A DNA stretch of 64,000 bases, taken from Vermamoeba vermiformis. Taxonomy: Eukaryota. A program made the position numbers and the translations under genes. Below the pieces are notes generated by a model. It was not told the DNA's origin and did no database searches. It was given only the letters and a program-made list of their open reading frames with translations. The stretch is from NCBI GenBank assembly GCA_045837725.1, contig JBEWZL010000302.1, positions 372,001-436,000 of the forward strand. Reading direction: 5' to 3'. Of the stretch, positions 1 to 12,772 are shown piece by piece. Each line of letters opens with the position of its first letter. Within the stretch, counting starts at the first letter, position 1.

Positions 1-1360
1 CGTTCAGTGAAATACTTACAGGACCCCACGCATATGTAATGCGATCGCACATTGTTTGACCAGGGACAGGACAGGCACCGTCCACCGAGGCAGGGCTAGT
101 GCACTCTTGCAATATAATGTGCTGCACCATGTCGATCTTGTCTCTGATTGGCGCAAACTTCACAATGTACGTGTTGGTCTCGTTGACACCTGGGGGCCAA
201 TTTCCGTCCACAGTTAAATTAACAGACCTAGAAATAAGGAGTTGAGACATTTCATTAATATAATCATCCTCGATATATTAATTCTAATAATTTAACTAAC
301 AATATTCCAATCACAAATTTGATGCACTAAGAACTATGCCATCATTCGTCACACGAAAAATAAATCAAACTTTTTACGCCTTTAAGGGCGTCAGTCATAT
401 TTTAATAAAAAGAGTATTATTTAATTGAAATGCTATATTAATCACGAATCTAAAATTTGCTAATTTCCTTGCAGGAAGTTGCCGATTTTTTGTTTTCTGG
501 GTAAGCTGTGAAACATCGGAATAATCTCTTATAATCGCTTATATATAATTACTGCTTTATAATGCTTGCAATACTTACTGACACGCGTAACCTGCCGTGG
601 TGTTCGGAATAACTAAGTTTGACACCTTTAGATCAACGGTAAAACTATCTGCGTAGGTGTTTACTGGTGTGCAAAAGCCCCTATAAAATATTGAGTATAT
701 TTGTATTACATAGGTGCATATTAATTAGCTCTTACGGGTTGTTCGGGTTGTCAGGCAAGCCCGGATGTGTAATCCCTGTTGTTCTTTCAGGTGTTTGGCC
801 TGGTGTCCATACGCATTGTGGATCACCCAGCTCTTGACCATTTGTCATACCATCGCCATCCGAGTCTTTAATAAATATTAACGCGTGTCAGATTGTCAAA
901 TCCGAAAATGTAAATTTCAGATTTCAACTCATAAGTACCTAGCTCGCACAAAGCTTTGGTCCAAATATGTCCAGCTGCCGCAAAATCTAGACCGAATTGG
1001 TTTCGCGCTCCTCCGCCCTCTATACAAAGATCAGCCGTTTCGAAAAAGTCGTTCGCATTATCGGATCATCAAAGTCTTATTGTTTATGTATAGATATATT
1101 TTCAAGTATTTACCTGGCATTATGTGACCGACTCCGGGCCAACTAGGAACATTGTTACCTTTTAATTACAATAAAATTAATAATTTATCGATTTAGATAG
1201 TAATGCATTTGATATACATTAAAGGACTTATAAATCTTGGCTAATAATATTTTTACAAAATAAATTAATTTGTTGCCCTACCGTTTGGGATCTGGCTTTG
1301 ATACTGAGGAAGCGCCAACACAGTGGCTAAACAAAAGTGAAATAATACTATCCTAAACAT
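1..1360 (-). CDS. Secreted temptin-domain + copper type II (DBH/MOXD1-like) monooxygenase protein; multi-exon, 3' end outside window
   Basis: Spliced: signal peptide MFRIVLFHFCLATVLA; temptin-like IPNG..WPGVGH..GGGARNQFGLDF..WTKALCELDSDGDGMTNGQELGDPQCVWTPG..THPG; then IPNTTAGYACQ..YIVKFAPI..MVQHIILQEC..YAWG resembling the Cu2_monooxygenase N-domain. GT-AG introns. Confidence 0.8.
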
Positions 1361-1821
1361 AAATAATATGGCCATATTAATATACAAAGCTTTGTGTTAT
1401 ATGATACATAGAGGAGCGGAACTGCAACAAAAATTATTTGCAACAAATCACTCGCTTGTGAATCAATTCCCACACCGCTATCCACACCACAACAATAATG
1501 ACTTGATCGAGTGTAAGATGCTTTCGATCAAGACATTATTTTTCCGGTTTAAACTGGGTAAAACTTTTGCCGGATGTCAAGTACTTAGCCAGATCGTCCG
1601 TTTAGACTCAAGTAGATATCTTTGCATAGTCACACTTTGCAGAGTGCAATATGTTCTTCCCACCCGATGTGCCGAATCGCCAATCTTCTTGGAGAAGATT
1701 TCGTTGCTATTTTTAGGTAGTGTTTTCTTTTCAATCGGTCGCGACCGCGGCTTTCCACCGACGGTTGAGTATTTATTAGAACCAATACAAGACAGACTCG
1801 AAATGAGGAGATTGAGGCTGT

Positions 1822-4133
1822 TTAAGGAAGTTGAGAGAAGTACTGCAGTATAACCTCAAAGTTAGGAGAACCAAGACCAGTAACAGCGTCCCAGCCCTTA
1901 GTAGCAGCTGTAATAACAAGTAGTTAGGATCATTTAGTTCAACAACCGACTCCCAAATGCGGAATAAAGTTGAACTTACGGAAACCAGGGCAGCAGCCAT
2001 CGGGATTTGAGCCTTGCGTGACGTCATAGAATGCATTAGGTTTCAAAGTGCTCAACTTGTAGATCGCAGGATTGATGAAGCCAACAGGGGTCTTGCCGGC
2101 CTTCATGCGCACTCCGTTGATCAAAGAGAACAATCCTGCAACAATAGGGGAAGCGCAAGAGGTACCACCAATACCTTCTTGATTTCCACCAATGATGATC
2201 ATCACATTGTCGGCTGAAAATGTTCGTGTAAGTTACCGGGTGTAGATCTGCATTGAATTCGCGACTTACCAGGAGCGCTGAGATCGGGGATACCACGACC
2301 AGTCGCGTTAAAGAATGAAGTAGGGAGATGAGGTTGCAACAAGTACGAAGCAACTTGCGTAGCTTGCCAAGTGGGAATGGGGAAATCACCCGAGAAACCA
2401 CCGCTGCTACCGCCGCTGGGAGTACCCCAAGCAGTTTCGTACATGTACGATTTACCAGTATCTATAATAGTATAATTGTCAGCTCCTAGTAGACTTGGTT
2501 GGTATGTCAATCATTACCTTGGTAGACCATAGTACCGCCAACAAGAGTGATGTAAGGGCTGCTGGGGTAAGGGAACTAAATGAATGAAGTCAGTCAACGA
2601 ATCGAATCTAAGATTGCAGCTGTGGTCGTCTTACTTCGAATTGAGTGCAAGCGTCGTTGCAACCAACACCATCGTCACCACTGGCAACGAAGATTGTGAT
2701 TCCACGAGCTGTCAAAAAAACGTCAGTAACCTCGATTTAATGCATTGTATCACTTGCCGCCAAGTTTCATCCACTCATTGCTGACACGAAGCACCTCAGC
2801 GATAGGGTAGTTGCCACCGTATTCACCGTAAGAGATGGAGTGGATCAATGGAGGCTTGGGATCGTTGGCCAAGTCCATGGCGTACTCGAGGAACAACTGA
2901 ATCACGTCTTGAGTGTCATCATAGCCGTACCAGTAAGTAGGCGCGTAGCTGCCCATGGCCATGATGTACTCAACGTCCAATGTAGCCTCACCTAGAGCAC
3001 CACCGTTAGGGTCGTTTGGCTCGTTACCCAAGTACTTGAGGACAGTTTGGCCTTGCAAAGCAGGAGCGTAGGTCTATAATATTGAACGATGAGCATTTTG
3101 TTCAGTATTAAATAATGTAAAGTCAAACATGGGGCGGATCAGGATTCAGCCTATCCGATCGAAGCCATAATAATAGTCGCTTACTTGGAAGAATTGTTGC
3201 AAATCAGTTGGGAAGAAGTTGTCTCCAGATTCGAAGATAGCTTGAGTGTTGTTGACCCTCAAATTGGGTTGACCAATTGTCACGTTGTAGAGCTTGCGGA
3301 GCAAAGCAGGCGTGACTGACAATTCATCACGTGAGACAGCAGAGACGCCCTAACGTATAGTTAGATTATTTCATATAATTAATATATTCATATTGTTCGT
3401 ACACGTTTGCCAGTAGCACGAGGACGAGGGAAGCCATGAACTGGGCCGACGAAGTCGATCAACTGGTCGATCTCTTCAGGGACGAAGTACGAGTCGATGC
3501 AGCGAATGATCTTCTTCTTGGGTTCTGTAACTGTCTCAAAAGCTCTGTGGTTTAACGGTCAGTACACGTTTTCGATCAACTGAGCTGAGACCGGAAAGAA
3601 AGGAGCGCGTAGAGAAATATACCTCAAGTTGCAGTTCAGCATCTTCTCGGCACGACCAACAGTAGTACGAACGCGCATGAAGCTGCGAGAAGGAGTGACT
3701 TCGTGTTCAATACCGTGAGACTTCAACCACGCAGAGACCTACAAAGAAGCCGGATCAGAATCTCGAACGAAAGAAGTAAATAATACATAATCTCCTTGAA
3801 TTATATGCGAAATGAAACTTAGTTCGATCGACTTACGGTGTGAATCTGCTCATCTGTTGCACCAGTCAAGGCAGTGAGCTCTTCCCAGCTCATGTGCTTG
3901 CCGTATTCGGGAGAAGTAGGATCTGACGTCATAGCAAGTCTTTCTTCAACAATCTTCATGTTTCTTTCTTTCAATGCAACGGTGAGGCGCATCGGTGTTG
4001 ACGGATGTACTTCCTCGACTTGGCCCCAGAACTTGCTTCTCGCAACCGGAGAGCCTTTCAACACGAGCTTAGTGCTTACTGCCGCACCAATTAAGGCTAC
4101 CAAAATAGCCGTAGCTGCGATTCTCTTCCACAT
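1822..4133 (-). CDS. Sedolisin / tripeptidyl-peptidase I-like serine protease (S53) with prodomain; multi-exon
   Basis: Signal peptide; prodomain SDPTSPEYGKHMS; catalytic motifs GEATLDVEY, ASGDDG, GRGIPDLSA, GGTSCASP; C-terminal GWDAVTGLGSPNF. Confidence 0.93.
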
Positions 4134-4724
4134 CTGAAAAAAAAAATCAAAATCAGGCCGAAAACCGTGCATGAGTGCGTTACTTAAATACTGTAACAAA
4201 CAGCAAATACCAAAATCATAATTTTCAGTGCTCATGAGAAAGAATTTGAAGAAAATCACAATATGTACCGGCTAGTTTGGTAAAGCTGCTGGCAAATAAT
4301 AATTTCGAGAGAATATTTAATTGCTGCCTACCTTTGTGATAGTAAACGAAAGAGAAACAACGAAAGACTTTTCTTTCCAGAACCAAACAAGCTGTTCGAG
4401 TCACGAATATTCCTTTGCTTTGTTGAAAATCACGTGCCCTAAAGTACTAAGAGGTGAATAGAACAAAACTAGATTATTTCTTACTCAGAATATAACCAGA
4501 ACGTTCTTCGGCCTTGAAATCAGAATTGTTGCGGTGATCACCTAGTTGAGAGAAGTACTGCAACAACTCGCGTTAGTTGGTATTACCAAGACGTAAATAG
4601 CTCATTTCGCGCATGATTTGAGCGCAAAAAAATATGAAATGGCCGGCTAATAGTCTGTATTCCGTTAATCAAGCAGAAACTTTGTTTACTGTCACGCAGC
4701 GATTCTGATTATCCCGAGCTAACT

Positions 4725-7316
4725 TTAAACTGACTCTAAGGTATTATCGACACTAGAAGCTTCGTTCTTATAAAAATCGAGCTCGCGGTCTGCAGGGTAC
4801 TCAATGTTGTATTGCAAAATGATTTTCTTCTCCTCGTTCGGATTTAGACTGAACTTCCATCGAATGTTGTTAAAGTCGTTCAGTACCACTGCTTCATTGT
4901 CCTATAATTAGATTTCAACGATTAGAATCAATAACGATTGTCTCACGAGTCTCAATTCACCTTAATAATCTCGGGATCAATTAACTTGACCTTAATCTTG
5001 TCATCTTCCGAGAGCGGCAACTGATCGAATATAGTCACCGAGATCTGATTAGAGAAGCACGTTAGCGAGTGAATTTAAATTCAATCTATCTAAGCTCAAG
5101 ATTGACGAGTTCATACTTTTTCCGCCTTCAAGTTTTTGATCAAAGTGACGTGCGTAGTAAGTTGATGCTTCGTCTTAGCCAAGAACAACGATGTCGACGT
5201 GTTGGTTGCACGACGCACGGGCTTAAATTCCACTTTAATATTTGTATCGGCACCCAAGAATACATCAAAGTCCTCACCAGGGCTCGTTGACTGAAGCACA
5301 TATGTATGAGTTAGCTTGAACTATCAAACAATGATTGTGTGGTGTGACTTACTCCAAGTTGTGAGTTGGCAACAAACACATTGTCGTTGAACACATTCAT
5401 TGAGCCTGGAAGAAGTTGGTACTTTGAGCTGTTGTTGGCTTTGGCTCTCAAGTACGCTTTCTCTGCGAGTGATGGAATGGCAGTGTAGTGCAGTTGAACT
5501 GACAAGTCCATCACTGCAATGGTCACTTTGCGAGGCTTCTTGTCCGCTGCAATCGACACAGGGCGCTGAATGTTGTATGTTTGACTCGTGGCGCCTTGTT
5601 CTGATGGAATGTTAAGAGAAGCGCTAAGTAACAACGAGTTAATAGACGTACCAACAGATGTAGTAGGGAGTGCAATGTTAGCCTCCTCTTCGTAGTCGCC
5701 GGCCACAGCGATATCAGCTTGTAAAATATTCATGTCTGCGTTGACCTCCATCTCTTTAAGCATCATATTTCCGGGGAGCCACGCCCGCTTTCTTCTTTTG
5801 TCGCTTCTTGTACGATACCTATCTTCAGCACCAACGTAGAGTGTTCTGAGTGCAGGTGGTTTCGCGGCTGAGCTCGGTGTGGCAGTGCTCAGTGACAGCT
5901 GAACATCTTTCCAGTCTTCACCTGAGTCGTTCTCCACTGAGCCGTAGTACACCAGTTGACAGCTCGTCTCTTTCTTGTCATTTGTGGTCGAACTCAATCT
6001 GAAGTCGTAGCTGCTCAGCCATCTGATGTGAAACAATAACGATTGAGTTAGACATCGAGTGTGATGATATTTGAGTGATATTCAATCATGAACTTACTTG
6101 GCACCAGTGAGAACGTAAGAGATCTGAAGTGAGATGGGTCCTGGACTGCGCACATAAAGAACAACAATCACTTCGCGCTTCTCTTCTCCGTAGTTCGTTG
6201 CTCCATTTGCAATCTCATCACTCAGTTGTTTCATCTTTGTCTCTTCGTCTTCGATTGTGTTCATCAGTTTGAGTCGTTCTTGACCGACACGAGTCAGTTC
6301 TTGGTTGTAGAACGACATCATTTTCACCATGTCTTGGAGTGGTATGATAGCCCGATTTAGCGTATGACCTGCTACGTCTTTCTCTTCGTTTACAATGCGC
6401 TCAGTGGTGAACTGTTCCAACCAACTCTCTTCTTTCTGCAGGAGGAGAACAAACACTGTTAGTATCACCACACCATTATCATCACGAACGAGTTGCAACG
6501 AGCACTCACTTGAACACGTTGAAGTTCAGATTGAAGAGTCTCAATGTGTTGTTTGAGTTGTTCGAGTTCTTTTCTTCGTTTCGTTGCTGCTGACTCTGCA
6601 GACTCGTGTGTCTCGAAGCGACGGTCGAATGACACCTCCAAGATGACTGCATCACCTTCGCCACCACTCACGCGCACACTGTTCTCCACCACTGTGGTAA
6701 GGTGAGTACATAAAAATCTCAGATCGAGATAAATTACCGTTGGGAAGTAAATCACTCAAAATAATCTCTTGAACACCAACCGTAGAAATATCGACTGAGG
6801 CCCTTCTAGTAACTACACAAAATACTCTATTAGTAACCGATTCCGTCTTTCGAACATTGCGATGGCCTTGTTGGTGCGCGAAAGGATGCAGTCATTATTA
6901 GGCCGAAATATGCTGCTTACCTTCTGCTCTATCGGAATAAACTGTAACAAATTCTGCTGGGCAGTCTGTTACAAAACGGTTAGTACGGCAAAGTCTTCAA
7001 TTTCGTTTTCGAAATTAGAACCGCATACAAATCGGTGCCCAAAATGGTATTAAACATTATTGACGATTTTTATACCTGCACGAGTTAAAGAGTGCTTGAT
7101 TCCAGTTTGAAGACTAGGATCGTTGAGGAAATCTGTTACATTTCCGCCTTTCGACTGCTGCGCGCCCTCCGCTCCATTTTCCGCATTTTTATTCGTATTT
7201 GGGATGCTTGGCTCGAGTTTTTCGACCGAAGAGGTGGACTTCTTGTGCTTTTTGTCTCTCTTTTTATCGTCGATCGAGAGTTTGCTCGACTGTCTCGAAG
7301 AACTGGCGGAATCCAT
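4725..7316 (-). CDS. DUF4140/DUF4139 domain protein; multi-exon
   Basis: VTVYSDRAEVTR N-terminal motif, coiled coil, ISYVLTGA-W-SYDFR, VENDSGEDWKDVQLSLSTATP, LLPGSMNVF, SPGEDFDVFLGAD, C-terminal YNIEYP. Confidence 0.85.
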
Positions 7317-7555
7317 TGTGTTTGTACACTACTGTTACAATAATTAGCAAGAAGACGTATCGGCTAAGGCTCTAAAAATTTTCAAGCCAAAATTTTCTGC
7401 GGAAGCTGTTTGCCTCCCTGAACTCGTGTTTTCCTTCATTTTCACGATCAATCACAAAACTAAACAACACAAATCACGACGACTAGGATATTTATACAAC
7501 GCGCCACTACAGCTTTACAGCTAACATTACAATAATTACGAAAACAAAGAACAAA

Positions 7556-8596
7556 ATGTCATCAAGGTACTATTTAAAAGATTTTGTTTTAAAATGATTT
7601 TGCTTACCGTTTGCTCCATTAGAAAAACAAATAAATGCCCCAACGCAAGAACCAACTCGAAGCGCCTCGAGGCAGGGTTAATCCCGACCTTGATTCAGTC
7701 CTTCTGCATTTTACCGAATCGCTTCGCGGTAATTACTCCTGAATGCGAGCAGTTCTTCAAAACCAACAATTATGAAGCTTTCAAGAGGTAAGTTGTTGCT
7801 TCATTGCTGTTCTAGAAATAGAAACTGATTTGAGATTTGAAACAGAAAAATAAATAGGCAGAACTGGAAGCTTCAAAATCGCTACGTAAAGGACCTAATC
7901 CTTCGCGAGTACTTAGAGAAGTTCAAATGTTCGCTTGTATTCATCCCAAAGAACAGCAAGCAAGTGACAAGCCAACTTGAAGGTAGGACCTTGTATCTTG
8001 ACATCTTTTCAACATCCGTTTAACATCTTTTTACAGCGGCCTTTGCCTTAATGGGCGGCCAAGATACCACCGAAGACGGCAGAATATTGCCTTCTGCTGC
8101 CTTGTATAGTTTCTTTGAGAATGGCTTGAAGTACTTCCCCGCTGGCTTTCCCCAAGCCCTCAACGGACCTTCCAACGCTTCGTTTAGCGTTATTGGATCT
8201 TCAAGCCCTGTCTCATCGGTTAGCTCTTCAGAATCGATGGATGACAGCTTGGTAGAATCCGAATCTGGCTGCGAGAACGATTGGTCTACGGAAGAGCCCC
8301 TTCTTACCATGACGGCCCTCGCTTTGCAAGCCCCTCGTGCTGTAACCTCGTCTTATTGCCTGCCTCCCCAGCAGCAGTATTCTGACGAAGTTTACGCCTC
8401 CGCCGATGAGCTTAGTGACAGTAACGTGTCGCCTCGAGCTCTCGCCCCCTTTGACGAAAAAGGAGTCATGGACACTGGAGCACCGCTTGATCAAACGAGT
8501 GTCTTCCCCGACACCTTTGAGGAGTTCTTCAATTCCACGACGCCGTTTGATTCAAACACTCCGTTGTCTCATCATGGATACCCCCACTCTTTTTGA
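7556..8596 (+). CDS. Putative transcription factor with a divergent HSF-type DNA-binding motif and acidic Ser-rich tail; 4 exons
   Basis: Spliced FFKTNNYEAFKRKINRQNWK resembles the HSF core FKHNNFxSFVRQLNxYGF; C-terminal exon is Ser/Asp/Glu-rich. Confidence 0.55.
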
Positions 8597-9020
8597 GTCT
8601 TGAGAACTAGTGCAGAAGACGTAAGGGTAGTTGTTATAGATTTGCGAATGTAGCCAGCTGTCGACATCTGGACCCTCGTAGTCATCGGATGTTGTTCCTG
8701 CACTCGATGATTGTGCAGACGGTTATATTCTCTCGTCTATAGCGATTTACTCTTGGTAATGGCATGAATATCGACAGTACTCTGAACGGACAAAAAATGT
8801 TCGGTGCAGTGTGCTGTTGGATTCAGCTGTTTGGTCTTTCTGAACTTAGTACTCAACTCCCCCTTTTAAATTGTACAGTGTATATATACGACTTTATAAA
8901 ATAAACATATGTTCATTCGATTACTGGTTTATTTACAAAGTGGCGTTTCGCTGGCTGATCGCATGCTCGAAAAACTGCCCAATTCATAGTGACTGAATTA
9001 ACAGCTTTCAAAGCGAAATT

Positions 9021-9761
9021 TCATAGTAATGCGCACCAGCGCTGGCCAGTGTTTGGCGGTGTAACTTGTGGCGGACTGTCCCACGGTAACTTCGGCTCTA
9101 TCATGCTCAATAAGGCGGTGAATGCCTGTGTCACGTTCTGATCTGCTAAGGCACTGACTTCAAAGTAAGGCATGCCATATGAAGCAGCAAACTCTTGTGC
9201 TTCTTGTGCCGATATTTTTCTGTTTGCTGCATCATCTGACTTTGTTCCAACGAGTATTTTTTGCGTGTTCATTCTGGCCAGATCTTCGGCTAATTTTAGT
9301 TCGTTTCGTAAAAACTCGAACGATGATCTGTTGGTTAAATCGAGCACGAAAATTATTCCCATTAATCGTAGGTAGTACGTTTGGGTACGAGGTTGGACGA
9401 ATCTGGTAATTTAGTTTAAATACTGTCTTTTTCGCTTTAGGTGCTTACCTTCCTGGACGATCCAGATCCCATAGTTGAATTTTGTATGCTTTGTTTGTAT
9501 TCGGGGATGTCACAATTTTAACTTTCTATGTAAATAATTATTTAAATTTTACTTGAAATTGTAACTTACAAACTCGACGCCCATCGGTCGAGCTAACGCT
9601 TCATTGTATATTCCATCGATATATCTCCAAAATAGTTGAGTCTTGCCTGCAAGTTTATCTCCCACGATGAGGATCTACAATAATTACTGTAAAAATTCAA
9701 AGTCCAATCCGTAGATAATAATTACTCTAATAATTGGAGGGTTAGAATTATCTTTTTCCAT
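9021..9761 (-). CDS. Divergent Rab-like small GTPase; multi-exon
   Basis: ILIVGDKLAGKT P-loop, MGVEF, IQLWDLDRPGR (degenerate G3), LVGTKSD, EVSAL, C-terminal CALL. Confidence 0.85.
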
Positions 9762-9818
9762 GTGGTGTTGGTGTGTTCTGAAACGGCTAAAGACAGTCTT
9801 TCGGTACCAAATGAATTT

Positions 9819-10778
9819 TTATTGTCGTGTGGCAGTGAAACACACCAACACTTCACCTGCGTCATCAACAACTTGCTCAGGGCTGTTGGGGAATTTCAAT
9901 TCGACCTTAAAGCCCAGTCGGGTCAGCTCCTCGACGAGCACGCCGTTGCCTTGCGGTCGGAAGGTCGGACTAATGCCGTAGAACACACCATCGGTCTTGA
10001 GATACAGATTGATAGCGTTGGCCAAGATCTTTGCCACTTCAGGGTAGTAATTGACTTCAGATCCGATAATAACATCCACTCCGTCTTTCAAGAACTCTGG
10101 TACTTCTACTCGTTCAGTGGCGTTGAAGTCAATCAACGTGGTATGTATCTTGTTCTTGTTCAATATGGGCATCGGTGTATTGAGCTTAATATTCTCTTTC
10201 ATTGTGTTCAACAGTTGCGGAATGTAATCGCTCAACACGACTGCATTTGCGTGCATGGCAGCGACAATGCCGCACAGTCCCGGACCAGACCCGAGCTCAA
10301 GCACTGTCTTCTTGTCGAATAGGGCCTTGTTCAAATATATCCACCTGTTGTAATTGCGTGGTGAGCACGTGGATGAATCTCAATGTGACCTCCAGCGGTT
10401 TACCTTGAGAATGTAATGGCCGCGTCCCACACACGCCAGCCGACGCCTACTTTATCCATATCATGTTGTTTTACTTTAAACACGGTCTCATAGACACCTG
10501 TCTCGTGGTTCAGACCTAAGCCGATCTCCCTGATCTGTCCTCACCAGAAGTTAAAACAGTAACTCAATGAAGAGGTAGTGCAAATGATCTTACTTGATGG
10601 GGAATGCATTTGATCAAATTTCCTACGGCCTGACCTGCAACAGAAGTGAGATCAGTAGTTCGGATCGCGAGGATTAATAATTACCTAAATTCAATGTATA
10701 CTCGTAGTTATAGGATGGCTCTTCTACCAATTGATTTATTCTAATGAGGGCGCCTAGCTCGCGCAATGTGTCGTTCAT
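9819..10778 (-). CDS. Methyltransf_16 (METTL21-like) SAM-dependent protein methyltransferase; multi-exon
   Basis: VGWRVWDAA, VLELGSGPGLCGI, VVLSDY, DVIIGSEVNY. Confidence 0.88.
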
Positions 10779-10879
10779 AACTACGAACCACAGATCAGAT
10801 CGCGATCAAAAATCAAATTAAATAATACCGATTTTTGCGTTAAAACTTTTAAAATAATTCGTGCAATTTTTCTCCATTA

Positions 10880-11197
10880 CTAGTAATTATAATCAGAATA
10901 TTGGCTATTTTTCTTACATGTCATTCGGAATGTAATTTTTACCAACGCATCCACCGTTGCTTCTTTAATTTCAGTATTCTCGGAATGTAGTAGCTTAACT
11001 AATCTAGGCAGATATGTATTGCCCTTGAGAAAATCCAACTTCGCTATGGTCGTAGATGCAGCCCAACTGCCCAGACTTTTTAAGGCAGCGATTATAGCCT
11101 CAGGAGCATGCTTGTTTTCGAGTAATATATCCTCAGAGATTGGAACTGAGTAGCTGTGGATTGATTTCGCCGCTTTTGTGTTAGTTTTTCGTTCCAT
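10880..11197 (-). CDS. Small hypothetical protein with one ARM/HEAT-like repeat
   Basis: Intronless ORF with LPRLVKLLHSENTEIKEATVDALVKI. Confidence 0.45.
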   Translation of the reverse strand: MERKTNTKAAKSIHSYSVPISEDILLENKHAPEAIIAALKSLGSWAASTTIAKLDFLKGNTYLPRLVKLLHSENTEIKEATVDALVKITFRMTCKKNSQYSDYNY

Positions 11198-11300
11198 TTG
11201 TAACGTTACTGATTTTGGCAGGTGCGTGCGACTTAATAACTTAAAATACAAGATTTATTCCTAAGGAGTCTAACAGTTACTGTATAAGGCAATTAGATAG

Positions 11301-12471
11301 TCATGCATCCTTCTTTGGCTCAGGGACACTTTCTTCTTGCTTCTCGGTGTCCAGTTCGTTCACGACTTGTTCGTCCTCGTTACCAGTAATATTGTTATTG
11401 TTGTTATTGTCATTGGCACTATTATTATTATCATTACTGCTGTTATCGCCTTCTTCTTCCCAAGGAGCAGGCTCTTGGTCCGCGCACCTTACTAAAGCAA
11501 ATTTCCATACTAAGAAGCCACTCAAACCTGTCTCAGACCAGTACTTCTTGACCTCATATAGGCCGTCATATCGATATCCACTCGCAGGCGCATACGGCGA
11601 GTCTAATTTAAAGCCACGAATAACGCGAATAGGCTTGCCATTCTCGCAATTAAGTGCCAATGCTGCATTGCCTCTGTATTCAATAGAATCAATAAAGCAT
11701 CACTAAAATGATTAAATAATACCTAGTGAGAGTTTGATCCTTCGATTGGGGTGCTGTTCGCAAGTTCTTAGGTTGATCGGCAGTGCCTCGCAGATCGCGA
11801 CCACCTACGTTTGGTTAGCAAGATGTATTGGCCGTAGTGACGTACCTTCGCCAGTATAAGTAAAGCTGTAGCCTAAATCAACGTCATCTTCGTAACCACC
11901 TGACAAAGCAAGCGAATAACAGCCGACACCTTCATTGCCGTGAATACCAGCAACTGGTGGCCTATTTAGGAGTTAGTAAGGTACTGTCGTGAATATGTTG
12001 AGATGATTCTACCTATGAACACCATCGTGGCTACAATCCATACGCATCTCCCACGTCGTACCGACAGGAATGCCAGGGATCGGGCCAAACACATTCTCTT
12101 TGTGCTTGGGACCTGTAGGACGAGGTCGTGGACTTTTGTTCGTAGTCTTTTGTTTCTTTCGCTTTGGTCCTGCGTCATCATCGTCGACTCGATAACGAAC
12201 ACCGCGAGGCTCGACCAGATCGTATTTGATAGGCTCCTAATACCCTTTTAGTCCCCAAATATTGTTGGCCAAAATTTTGATAGAGAGAACTTACTTGTCC
12301 CGCTATGCGCGAGGAACGCCTAGTTGGGCCAGTATTTTGATTGGATGTATTATCAGTCACTGGATTGCCTTCATCTCCATTTTCCTCGTTATCGTCGCTC
12401 TTTTTCGAGACTTTGGCTTTCTTTTTACCTGAGTTCGGTGCTGATTTAGCAGGAGCTGGCTTTGGCGCCAT
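11301..12471 (-). CDS. Stand-alone SRA/YDG domain protein (UHRF1-like SRA); multi-exon
   Basis: [70 protein letters not shown]; only low-complexity flanks. Confidence 0.93.
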
Positions 12472-12772
12472 TTTAGTCAATCCGCCCGTTGCACCTAAAG
12501 TTAACAATATACGGCGTTAATATAATAAATATCGTAATTTTCTGCACCGCATTAAGGCTTTAAGTTATACATACCCAATCCAAGGCTTTCAAGCAAAGCC
12601 TTGTTTCGTGCAATCTTCTTGGCCCGCAATTGCTCGTAAGTTAAATTCTTGTCTTCTTCGTCGGTATTCTCCATGTTTCTTTGTTAATCGTTGTGCACGA
12701 TCGGATCAGGACCAAAAGTTTTTGAAACCCGCTAAAGATTTTCTGTTTTTTGTGAACACAAACACTAACACA

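Noticed and set aside
885-1853. Plus-strand ORFs 885-1127 and 1368-1853
   Set aside because: They are antisense to or upstream of the temptin gene and overlap the sedolisin 3' end, with no recognisable motifs.
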